A stretch of 57,299 nt of DNA. It comes from Promethearchaeota archaeon (lineage in GTDB: Archaea; Asgardarchaeota; Lokiarchaeia; Sigyniarchaeales; SOKP01). The notes under the pieces are model-generated. The model was given only the letters and a program-made list of their open reading frames with translations. It was not told the DNA's origin and made no database searches. Shown here piece after piece: positions 30,424 to 39,495 of the stretch (its first letter is position 1; each line of letters begins with the position of its first letter). The translations under genes and the position numbers were made by a program. Where the stretch lies: the NCBI GenBank assembly GCA_048941015.1, contig JBHLNZ010000014.1, positions 1-57,299 of the forward strand, in the 5' to 3' direction.

Positions 30424-31725
30424 TTAAAAATATTTGTCTATATCCACTTTAGGAAACTCCGCTATATCGAAGCTCTTTCCCTTAACTTTAAGTGGTTTAG
30501 TTAAATCAAATCCAATTTTTGTAGTCATTTTTGTTCCGGGCTCAGCACTGGGGTCTAAACTACTACCTGGTTCTTTTTCTTTAATAATCATTCTAGTATC
30601 TCCTTGAAATCGAGTTGCCATTGCCCATTCTACAGAAAGAGGATTATAAATATCGATATCATTATCTACAATAAATACATGTTTACAACTGGTATGCCCA
30701 GCAAAAGCACCCTCTATTGCCTTTTTACCATCTTCTTCTGACTTTTTGTCAATTTGAACAATTGCATGCAACCAAGAACAACCACCGGGATTTACATTTA
30801 CATCTAAGCACTTAACTCCAGTTTCATTCACCTTTTTAAATATTGTAGGTTCCCGAGGCATTCCCATCAATATTTTATGTTCAAGAGCACCAGGTAGTAA
30901 TGCTTGCCAAATGGCATTCTTTCTATGTGTAATTTTTTGTACTTCGAAAATCGGTTCTTCTCTAACTATATCATAAGTTTCTGTAAGATCCACAAAGGGT
31001 CCTTCAGCATGTTTTTCTTCTAAATAAACACGACCTTCTAAAACAATCTCTGCTTCTGCTGGGATTAAAAGGTCGACTGATTTTGCTTTGATAACTTTAA
31101 TTGGTTCTAAAGAGTTTGCGATAGATAATTCATCAATTCCAATATCTACTGATGTTGCTCCTGCAATTAAAATATTAGGCGTATTTCCTATACAAAATGC
31201 AACATCTAATTCATCATTTCTTTCTAAAAATTGATGAAAATGACGACCACTAACAACTCGCGTTGAAAACTTATTTTTCGAGAATTGCATGGCTCGATGA
31301 AAATCCATATTTTGACCATACTCAGGATCTCTAGTAATAACTACAGCGGAACTAATGTAATTTCCACCATCTTTTTCACAATGGAAAAGAATTGGTAATT
31401 TATCTAAATCTATTGCTGATTCAATAATTTCCTGGCAAGGAGCCCTTGATACAATTTCTGGTTCTGAACGCTCAGTAATAGCCTTTGAAAGCATAGGTAT
31501 GAGATCAGCAGGAGTCACACCAAAATATGAAGCAATAGTCTCTTTGGTACAAAAAATGTTACCAGCAACCCTATATTTTGATTCCTTAACATTATTAAAC
31601 AATACTTGAATAGGTTCTAATTCCTTTAAAATTCCTGAAATCTCTAATTTCTTTGAAACTTCAACATCTATTTTTCGAAGAAGTCCTTCTTCATCAATTT
31701 TTATTATATAATCTCTAAAGCCCAT
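30424..31725 (-). CDS. UbiD-family anhydromevalonate phosphate decarboxylase
   Basis: DGGNYI, HR, EGPFVDLTETY, VDNDIDI, VEWAMATR, SSLDPS, KIGFDLTKP; next to the PMDh subunits and ubiX. Confidence 0.88.
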   Translation of the reverse strand: MGFRDYIIKIDEEGLLRKIDVEVSKKLEISGILKELEPIQVLFNNVKESKYRVAGNIFCTKETIASYFGVTPADLIPMLSKAITERSEPEIVSRAPCQEIIESAIDLDKLPILFHCEKDGGNYISSAVVITRDPEYGQNMDFHRAMQFSKNKFSTRVVSGRHFHQFLERNDELDVAFCIGNTPNILIAGATSVDIGIDELSIANSLEPIKVIKAKSVDLLIPAEAEIVLEGRVYLEEKHAEGPFVDLTETYDIVREEPIFEVQKITHRKNAIWQALLPGALEHKILMGMPREPTIFKKVNETGVKCLDVNVNPGGCSWLHAIVQIDKKSEEDGKKAIEGAFAGHTSCKHVFIVDNDIDIYNPLSVEWAMATRFQGDTRMIIKEKEPGSSLDPSAEPGTKMTTKIGFDLTKPLKVKGKSFDIAEFPKVDIDKYF

Positions 31726-31812
31726 AAACTCATCTCAAAATTTCTTAATTATAATACTATTCTCAATAAATAGGATTTTCTTAAAAGATTTACTGAAAAA
31801 TTTATAAAAATA

Positions 31813-33105
31813 TTAAAGTTTTTCACCTTCCTTTATACTTTGCAAAATTTCCTTTGCATAATCTACTCGGATTTTTTTGTCTTCAACTAATTTATTTGCA
31901 ACTCTTTCTATAAGTTCATCTGGTACTCCAGCAATTTTTGCGATATTTCTAGAATGTAATTTCATATGTCCTTCCTGTATCCCTTCGGCTGCTAAAGCTC
32001 TTAAAGCCGCAACATTTTGGGCCAAGCCTAAGGCGGCAGCGACTTGTGATAGTTCTTCAGCACTTTGAATGTTCAAGATTTTTAAAGCTAGGCGTGCCAT
32101 TGGGTGTATTTTTGTCATCCCACCAATTATACCAAGAGCAAGAGGAATTTCTATTTCACCAATAAGATTACCTTTAGAATCTAATCGATAATTTGTTAAT
32201 GGCCTATATTTTCCTTTTAATGATGCATAGGCATGAGCACCTGCCTCTATAGCTCTAGTGTCATTACCTGTTGCTAAAGTTAAAGCTATGATTCCATTTA
32301 ATATTCCTTTATTATGTGTAGTTGCTCTATATGGATCTGCCAGAGCGAATTCATATGCAGATAATATCCCTTCAACAACCTTTTCACCACCTAATAATTC
32401 TTTGTCAAACACGGCGTTACATCGTGCTATTCTATGTGTCGCCAAATTTGATACAATCCTAAGATTTACTTTTCCTCCACTTATTTCTTCTATGTAAGAA
32501 CTTACAGCTTCAGCCATAGTGTTTACAACATTAGCACCCATCGCATCTAGAACATTAACTAAAAGGTGAACAATTACCATTTTCTCTTTTCTAGTGGTAA
32601 TTTCTCTGAATTCTATATCTTGAGCCCCACCACCTAATTTTACTAAAAGGGGATCCTGTTCGTTTGCTATTTTTAAAATATTTACTTTCTTTCTAATCAA
32701 TAATTCCTTCGTTTTTTTAACATCTTCTAATTGAGTTAATTGTATTTGGGAAATCATTATTGGTTTAACTTTTTCTGAATGAAAACCCCCGTGTTTTCTA
32801 GCCATTTTAGCTGCGTTTGATGCTGCTGCTACTACAGAAGGTTCTTCTATTACCATTGGAATGATATAGTCTTTATTATTAACTTTGAAATTAAATGCAA
32901 TTCCCAAAGGCAACTGATAACTGCCAATTACATTCTCAATTAAAGAATCCATATGATTAGGATTAAAATAACCGAAGTTTTTTAATAGGTTTAAATCTTC
33001 TTGATCAAGATTTAAAAGTTTAGATAATAATTGGTGTCTCTCTTCTATGGATAATTTATAAAACCCAGAGATTTCTGAATTGAATTCACTCATTTCTATA
33101 ATCAC
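31813..33105 (-). CDS. mvaA: Class II HMG-CoA reductase
   Basis: ENVIG, EEPSVVAA, DAMGAN, THNKGI, GNDTRAIEA, GIQEGHMKLH. Confidence 0.93.
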   Translation of the reverse strand: MIIEMSEFNSEISGFYKLSIEERHQLLSKLLNLDQEDLNLLKNFGYFNPNHMDSLIENVIGSYQLPLGIAFNFKVNNKDYIIPMVIEEPSVVAAASNAAKMARKHGGFHSEKVKPIMISQIQLTQLEDVKKTKELLIRKKVNILKIANEQDPLLVKLGGGAQDIEFREITTRKEKMVIVHLLVNVLDAMGANVVNTMAEAVSSYIEEISGGKVNLRIVSNLATHRIARCNAVFDKELLGGEKVVEGILSAYEFALADPYRATTHNKGILNGIIALTLATGNDTRAIEAGAHAYASLKGKYRPLTNYRLDSKGNLIGEIEIPLALGIIGGMTKIHPMARLALKILNIQSAEELSQVAAALGLAQNVAALRALAAEGIQEGHMKLHSRNIAKIAGVPDELIERVANKLVEDKKIRVDYAKEILQSIKEGEKL

Positions 33106-34313
33106 GTTAAATTAAGTTTTAAATTTGTTATATCTTTTTCTAATTTTTTTGCTTCAGAGGAATTAGGACTTAAGATTTTACTTGGTCCTCCGATTTTACC
33201 TTCTATTAATTGATAATTTGGGACAATATTTTTAATTATGTCATAAACTTCCTTTTTCTCACTTTGATTAGTTATAACTACTATGGATGGACCTGTATCA
33301 ATTGAAAAATATACATTATAACCACTTTCGCGTAATTCACGAATCTTTAGGATTACTTTTAAAGTATCGGGGTTCCAAGCAATTATATTTTGATTGGACG
33401 GGGCTGTCATTGTAACTGCATGTAAGCATAAAGTATCGTATTCGGCTAATTCTCCTATTTTATTTAAATTATTATTATCTAATGCGTCAATGAACTCAAA
33501 TATTAAATTTTTTCTTACCTTTAACCAAGATTGGAAGAAAAGGGATTTTGGGGCAATTGAATGTGCTTGAGTTGTTTTGATCTCCGATTTGATTGGAATC
33601 GTTAAAAGTGATATGTTTTTGATAAATGATTGATGTTCTTTTCTATCTAATCGGATTGCAAAACTTTGAAGTGGGTCAATCTGTGGATGGCTTAACCAAA
33701 GCGAGAAACCACCAGAAGCACTACGACAACCGGATCCAGAGAGATATCTTGAAACAATACTTATTAATCTTTGATTAGTTATGTAGTTAGGATCATTATC
33801 GTAAATAATAGATAATGCTGCCAAGGCTAATGCTGCAGAACCAGAAGCAGATGTTCCTAAACCTTTTCCAATTTCATTTGATTCTCTTAGTTTTGAAAAA
33901 TTTCGAGAGATTAAAATAGCATTAGTTTTTATATTAGAATAGTTGCGAATAAAATCCAATGCGGCCTTAACTTTTAGTAATTCTTCTCCAAATAATTGCT
34001 TTCCATTTAAATAAGCAATATCTTCCTTAAGATCTTCATTAAAGTTCAAATATGATATTGTAAAAAGACTGTTATTATTTAAAGAAATACTTGGAAAATA
34101 AGCTATTTTATTGATAGAGTCCGTTAACCCATGGTATTTTAATACTCCCTGAATCGGATAGGCAATAGTAAATGCTTCACCAATTTTATTTTTACCATTT
34201 GTTTGAATTGGAAGATCATCAAAGTTATACCCTTTTTTCACTATAACCTGCCGAATCTCATCATAATCACGATGCAATTGGTTGATAAGTGAATTAGGTA
34301 TAGGAAATGACAT
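33102..34313 (-). CDS. mvaD: ATP-dependent phosphomevalonate decarboxylase, haloarchaeal type (GHMP family)
   Basis: YPIQGVLKYHG (haloarchaeal PMD has HPIQGLVKYHG; classical DMD has NIALIKYWG), GLGTSASG, SGSGCRS, AEYDTL..TMTAP, catalytic Asp in YFSIDTGPS, GGP. Confidence 0.8.
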   Translation of the reverse strand: MSFPIPNSLINQLHRDYDEIRQVIVKKGYNFDDLPIQTNGKNKIGEAFTIAYPIQGVLKYHGLTDSINKIAYFPSISLNNNSLFTISYLNFNEDLKEDIAYLNGKQLFGEELLKVKAALDFIRNYSNIKTNAILISRNFSKLRESNEIGKGLGTSASGSAALALAALSIIYDNDPNYITNQRLISIVSRYLSGSGCRSASGGFSLWLSHPQIDPLQSFAIRLDRKEHQSFIKNISLLTIPIKSEIKTTQAHSIAPKSLFFQSWLKVRKNLIFEFIDALDNNNLNKIGELAEYDTLCLHAVTMTAPSNQNIIAWNPDTLKVILKIRELRESGYNVYFSIDTGPSIVVITNQSEKKEVYDIIKNIVPNYQLIEGKIGGPSKILSPNSSEAKKLEKDITNLKLNLT

Positions 34314-34340
34314 TATTTACCATAATTTAAAAATGAAAAT

Positions 34341-35969
34341 TTAATAAATATATTGAACAGGAATATATACCGGAGTCCAATTTAATAAACCAATAGCGTT
34401 GATATTTTTCTCATCTCCATTTTCTATACGCCTTATTTCATATTCTAATGGAGTTCCTTCTTCAACATTATAGGCTATTCTTACAAGGTCATTACATAAA
34501 TGGCTTAAATCATTTTTCAGAGGATTTTCTATTGATTTAGACTCCAAAACTGCAAAAAGTGGGAAAAATTTCTCATGAAATCCCGTATGTCCTTTTGGAC
34601 AATGATTCAATCCTTCAATATTGGGAATAATACAACCTTCATCACAAAAATGAAGTGTAAAACCTCTTTTATTATTCTTTTCATGTTCTACGATTTTTCC
34701 TAAAACCGTCTTTATTATAGACTTACCATTTTTCATTAATTCATATTCTTCAACAGTTTTACGTTCTTTATATTCTATGAAATCATTAATCTTAGGAGGT
34801 TTATCAATTACTTTCTTAAATCCTCCTTTAACTTTTAATAAACCGGAAATACACGTTGCTCCTGAACCATAGGAACCGAAATAAATTGTATCGTTTTCTC
34901 GACCATAATTTTCAAGAATGTAAATAATTTGGGCCCAAATTGAAGCATTATACATGTTACCAAAATGTGATGGTACTCTTAATTGCGGAAGAACTTTACC
35001 TTTAACATTTCTTACCAATATATGAGATAATCTCTCTAAGGCTTCTGAAGAATATCCTCGCTCTTTTAGCTTTAAATATAACCATTCTGGCAAAACAGTA
35101 AGATCATGCATAAAATAATCAAGTTTCTTTAGAAGGGAGGTAGTTACTTGATTTTTTTTTAATTTTGGAAGATTATTAATGTGTTTTATCCAACGTTTTT
35201 GAATTATATGTTGCATACATTTTATTGGTAATTTCGAGAATGGTGCGTGAAATGTATAAAAATCAGCATGAAAATCTCCAATGTTTCTAATTAAATCATC
35301 ATAAGCTTGTAATTGAAAATTAAGATAGGTATCGACGGAATAATGACCAAAAGCCTGGGCGTCTTTTTCATAAGCAGGCCTAAAAAAATCATCTACATTT
35401 CCTGATATCTTTCCAAATTTTTCACTAAAGGCTGCAACTCTGGGATTCTTTGAAATAACTAAAGCAGTTGCTCCTGAACCCTGTGTAGGTTCACTTGGAG
35501 AACCCATACGATAGGAAGAAATATCAGTACTGATAATTAAAGCCTTATTTATAATCTCTTTTTCTATTAAAGCAATTGCATTGAGGATTGCTAGAGTACC
35601 GCCCGCACAAGCATTATAAATGTCTTGGGTAAATGAATTAGGTGATATCTCTAATAATTGGGCAAAAATATTTGAAATACTCTTTACACTATATGTAATT
35701 GTTTCTGTTCCAACAAAAATTGCATCGATAGTTTTAGGAGAGATACCCCCCTTTAATAGGGCTTGATATCCTGCTTTCAATCCTAATGAAACAACATCTT
35801 CATCTACTTCAGGTACCCTCATCTCTATTGACATTAAACCTTTCTTATACTTATAAGGGTCAACCTTTCGCTCTTTAGCTAGATCTTTTAACTTTATATA
35901 GTATCGGGGTGCTGAGAAGCCAACTGAATCGATCCCAATATTACTAAATAAAAAGTCGTTTGGTATCAT
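34341..35969 (-). CDS. mvaS: HMG-CoA synthase (MvaS-like) with C-terminal Zn-ribbon/DUF35-like extension
   Basis: IGID, VGTET (Glu), NACAGG (Cys), EPTQGSGA, DFFRP, FHAPF (His), GNMY, SYGSG; tail CDEGC-x10-CPKGH. Confidence 0.88.
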   Translation of the reverse strand: MIPNDFLFSNIGIDSVGFSAPRYYIKLKDLAKERKVDPYKYKKGLMSIEMRVPEVDEDVVSLGLKAGYQALLKGGISPKTIDAIFVGTETITYSVKSISNIFAQLLEISPNSFTQDIYNACAGGTLAILNAIALIEKEIINKALIISTDISSYRMGSPSEPTQGSGATALVISKNPRVAAFSEKFGKISGNVDDFFRPAYEKDAQAFGHYSVDTYLNFQLQAYDDLIRNIGDFHADFYTFHAPFSKLPIKCMQHIIQKRWIKHINNLPKLKKNQVTTSLLKKLDYFMHDLTVLPEWLYLKLKERGYSSEALERLSHILVRNVKGKVLPQLRVPSHFGNMYNASIWAQIIYILENYGRENDTIYFGSYGSGATCISGLLKVKGGFKKVIDKPPKINDFIEYKERKTVEEYELMKNGKSIIKTVLGKIVEHEKNNKRGFTLHFCDEGCIIPNIEGLNHCPKGHTGFHEKFFPLFAVLESKSIENPLKNDLSHLCNDLVRIAYNVEEGTPLEYEIRRIENGDEKNINAIGLLNWTPVYIPVQYIY

Positions 35970-36769
35970 CGGTGCAATCTCTTTCTTAATTTTTTTTATA
36001 GAATTTTCAATTACAATTGATTAAGTTATTATTTATTTACTTAAAGAAATATTTTACTAATTGTTTTCTGATACTACACTCAAGATTCTATTTAAAACTT
36101 ATCTTTATATTAATACTTTTAACTATTAATAGTATTAAAAATAGTAAAGATCCTAAGTAAGTAGCTACTCGCTCAAGAGATTAAAAAGAAGATTAAAAGC
36201 GGAGCATATGGTAATTTATACCTTCTTTTTCAATCGGTTTTTTGAAAGAATTAAATGGTTAATCCTAATATAAATTTGGGTTTTGATTAACTTAGAAACT
36301 TTTTTATTCGATTATTATCGAAATAAATGTTTTTAATATTTGTATGTCTATCTATTAACTATAGTTTCGAGATTTTCATCTATTTATTATATAAAATTGA
36401 CATTATAATTTTAAATAAATATGAAAGATTTTTAAGTAAATTATATATTTTTACCAAAAATTTGAATTAAAAAATTAAAATTCAAAATTTAATTGATATG
36501 TATAAATGATATTGAGATAGTTTTAATCCTTTCAAAGATCTTATTTGGAACATCAAACCGCGTATTCAAATTAGGAAATTATAGGCCTTATAATGGTGAA
36601 ATATAATATCCCTTGTATTATAGTTGTTTAAAAAACACTCGATCTCATATTTAATGACTCAATATGAAAGCTTAATTGGTTTCTTCAAAAATGAAATATA
36701 AAAAAAAGTTATATTATAATTTTTCATATTCTTAATTGTAGGAAAAAAATTTTGACAGGTTACTAAGTC

Positions 36770-37495
36770 GTGGAAGAATTAAAGGATATACCAAAAAGCA
36801 AATTACCTAAGCATATTGGTCTAATCCTTGATGGAAATCGTCGTTGGGCAGTAAAAAATCTCCTTAATGTTAATGTTGGACACTTGATAGGATATGAAAA
36901 TTTAAAAAAAAGATTATTTGATTTCTTTGATGCTGGAATTCATTATTTAAGTATTTATGCATTATCTCTTGAAAATGTAAGAAGAAGAAGTGAAGATGAA
37001 ATAGTCTATATTTTTAAAATTATTTTAGATGCTGTTGATACTGTAATAAAAGAATCTACGGTCAAAGAAGAGAAAGTTAAATTTAACGTAATTGGCAGAA
37101 TACATTTACTCCCTCAGAAAGTGCAAGATAAAATTAATGAATTGATTGAATTCACAAAAGAATACGATCAAAATTTTATCAATTTGTGTATAATGTATGA
37201 TGGGCAAGATGAAATCGTAGATGCTGTCAGAAATATTGTAAAGGATGGTATTAAAGTTGATGAGATTAATCGTGAATTAATTAAGAGTTATTTATATACA
37301 CGATATTTTCCTGAGGTAGATTATATAATTAGAACGGGGATGGAAGATGGGGCAAGGATTTCAGGATTTCTATTATGGGATTCTTCATATGCAGAATTTA
37401 AATTTAGGAAGGACTTATGGCCAGATTATAATAAAGAAATGATAATTGAAGACTTACTCGATTATGTTGAAAGGAATAGAAGGAAAGGAAAATAG
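36770..37495 (+). CDS. uppS: cis-Prenyltransferase (polyprenyl diphosphate synthase)
   Basis: HIGLILDGNRRWA, SLEN, IRTG..RISGFLLW, YAE, LWPD, C-terminal RRKG. Confidence 0.95.
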   Translation: MEELKDIPKSKLPKHIGLILDGNRRWAVKNLLNVNVGHLIGYENLKKRLFDFFDAGIHYLSIYALSLENVRRRSEDEIVYIFKIILDAVDTVIKESTVKEEKVKFNVIGRIHLLPQKVQDKINELIEFTKEYDQNFINLCIMYDGQDEIVDAVRNIVKDGIKVDEINRELIKSYLYTRYFPEVDYIIRTGMEDGARISGFLLWDSSYAEFKFRKDLWPDYNKEMIIEDLLDYVERNRRKGK

Positions 37496-37646
37496 CTTCT
37501 TTTTTAAAGTAAAAGTTTAAAATTAATAATTTTTATAATGAAGTTATTAAGGTATTATCCCGGTTTTTTAGAAAGATTTTAAACCGAAATAATTATGTGA
37601 AATGCTTAATATTATAGATTAAAAAAAATAAACTTCTTTCGGGAAA

Positions 37647-39473
37647 ATGTCTGTCACACCTAATGGTAATTCCATATCATTGAAAGTAATTCAATTTCCT
37701 CAACATCTTTTAATCCCTAGTGCTGAAAATATAGTCTCATTTCAAACAACTAGTCTTTCTAATAATGAAGAGAACTTTAGATTTGCTTTTAAAGGAGAAG
37801 ATTTGAATATTGACATTAAACAAGAAGAATTCAAAAAGGAAATTAAATTTGGTCCTAATGAAACGAAAGAAATAACCTTAAGATTAACACCTACGTCAGA
37901 TGGTTTTGGAAAATTAATAATTGACATATATTGGTTAAAGATTGTAGAATACACTGTTAAGATCCAAAAAGTTAGAACAACTGTTCCTAAAAGCAAGATT
38001 AAAAAGATATTAGGAAAAAAAAAGTTCTTGAAATATGAAAAAAAGGATGTTTTTGATCATAATGAATATTTAGTATCCTTGAAAAAGAGTGATATTAAAG
38101 CTTTGGAAAATGAATTGAAATCAATAAAAGAAAATTTAGAAAAATTTCAAGCTACTGAAATAAACAATAAAATTAAGACGATTGCTAAAGCATATTTGTC
38201 CAATGATGATCTTTATAAAGCTTTAGAAACCGCATTACAAATTTCAAATCAAGCAGAACAATTAGATTTCTATTATAATTTATTAAGAGCATATTCAACA
38301 ATAAACTTAGAAAAAACGATTCAAATTATAAATGGATTAACAGACCTACAACGAAAAAACGAAATAATAACGAAAATCGCATTAGATTATGCAGATATTG
38401 ATCCCGCTCAAATTAACAGTATTATTTCGATAATTCAAGATCCATCATCGAATGATCAAGTTCTAGTAGACTTAATTAGCAAATTTCTTACAATAAATAC
38501 AGACACCGCATTAAGATTTTCTAACCTCGTTCAAGATGAAGTTATAAAAGTAAAAATTTTATTCAATATTATTAAAAAACTTCAAGAAACAAATAATAAA
38601 GAACAAATCTTACAAATAATTCACCAAATTAACCAAATTATATTAAATTCTCAAAAATTACATTCACCGAATCAAAATAATGAAGTATATGATTTCTTGA
38701 AAGATTCAGTTTGTGTCCTTGCTGAAATGGATTGTCCTGAAGCAGCTGATTCTATTATTAAAAGAATTGCAAACAATGAGTTAAGAGAAAATATTGCTAA
38801 GGATTTATTCAATTTTATATATGAAATGGTAGATGAGATTAGAACGAAAATTGAACCTACTGTGGTTTTTTCACAATATTATGTATTAAATATATACGCT
38901 TCAAAAATCACAAATGAATTAAGGAATTTCTGTTTGATGGGTGGAAATGCAAGCAGTAATCTTTTAATGAAAGATTATAATTTCAATAATTTATTTCTAT
39001 CTCTATTCAGTTTTGATTTTAGTATTTTTCCATTCATAGATCGTGTCTATTCTGATTTAAGATATAACTCAAAAAAGGGAATTGCATATTATATCTTTCC
39101 TACTAAAAAAAATCATGATGAAGAAGAACTTACCATACTTAAAAATACCTTAAGACAATTTTGCTTGTCTCATAATATATCCAAACCAATTAACATCTTT
39201 AATATGGATTTCATACCATATCTGGGCAAACCAACCGTTATACTATCATCTGAGGTAGATGATCCTAATCCATTAAAATTAAAAATAGAAAAGAAAATTG
39301 GTAATTCTGTGAATGTTATAATAGATGATTCAACCTTTAAAGGTGGAGAGTCAACTAATAATTTAAGGGAGTTATTTAGTCCATATAATTTTAAAATTTT
39401 TAATTTAGTATTATCATATGAGTTTATAAATGATTATAATTTATTAAAAGAATTTTTTAGTTCAATTGTTTAA
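37647..39473 (+). CDS. Hypothetical protein: beta-sandwich-like N-terminus, alpha-solenoid (TPR/HEAT-like) middle, alpha/beta C-terminus
   Basis: GPNETKEITLRLTP Ig-like strand pattern; helical repeats such as IAKAYLSNDDLYKALETALQI. Confidence 0.7.
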   Translation: MSVTPNGNSISLKVIQFPQHLLIPSAENIVSFQTTSLSNNEENFRFAFKGEDLNIDIKQEEFKKEIKFGPNETKEITLRLTPTSDGFGKLIIDIYWLKIVEYTVKIQKVRTTVPKSKIKKILGKKKFLKYEKKDVFDHNEYLVSLKKSDIKALENELKSIKENLEKFQATEINNKIKTIAKAYLSNDDLYKALETALQISNQAEQLDFYYNLLRAYSTINLEKTIQIINGLTDLQRKNEIITKIALDYADIDPAQINSIISIIQDPSSNDQVLVDLISKFLTINTDTALRFSNLVQDEVIKVKILFNIIKKLQETNNKEQILQIIHQINQIILNSQKLHSPNQNNEVYDFLKDSVCVLAEMDCPEAADSIIKRIANNELRENIAKDLFNFIYEMVDEIRTKIEPTVVFSQYYVLNIYASKITNELRNFCLMGGNASSNLLMKDYNFNNLFLSLFSFDFSIFPFIDRVYSDLRYNSKKGIAYYIFPTKKNHDEEELTILKNTLRQFCLSHNISKPINIFNMDFIPYLGKPTVILSSEVDDPNPLKLKIEKKIGNSVNVIIDDSTFKGGESTNNLRELFSPYNFKIFNLVLSYEFINDYNLLKEFFSSIV

Positions 39474-39495
39474 TTAAATATCAGTGAAGCATCTA

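Noticed and set aside
25373-31725. UbiD/UbiX as quinone-biosynthesis or aromatic-acid decarboxylase
   Set aside because: Adjacency to both AcnX subunits, mvk and IPK fits the anhydromevalonate phosphate route much better
33102-34313. Mevalonate 3-kinase (Thermoplasma type) or classical diphosphomevalonate decarboxylase
   Set aside because: The catalytic Asp (DTGPS) is retained, unlike in M3K; the N-terminal motif is PIQG..KYHG rather than NIA..KYWG; the cluster has IPK and no phosphomevalonate kinase
35970-36769. Replication origin or short ORFs (21-37 aa) in the long intergenic region
   Set aside because: No cdc6/orc1 gene or recognisable ORB repeats; the ORFs have no supporting features
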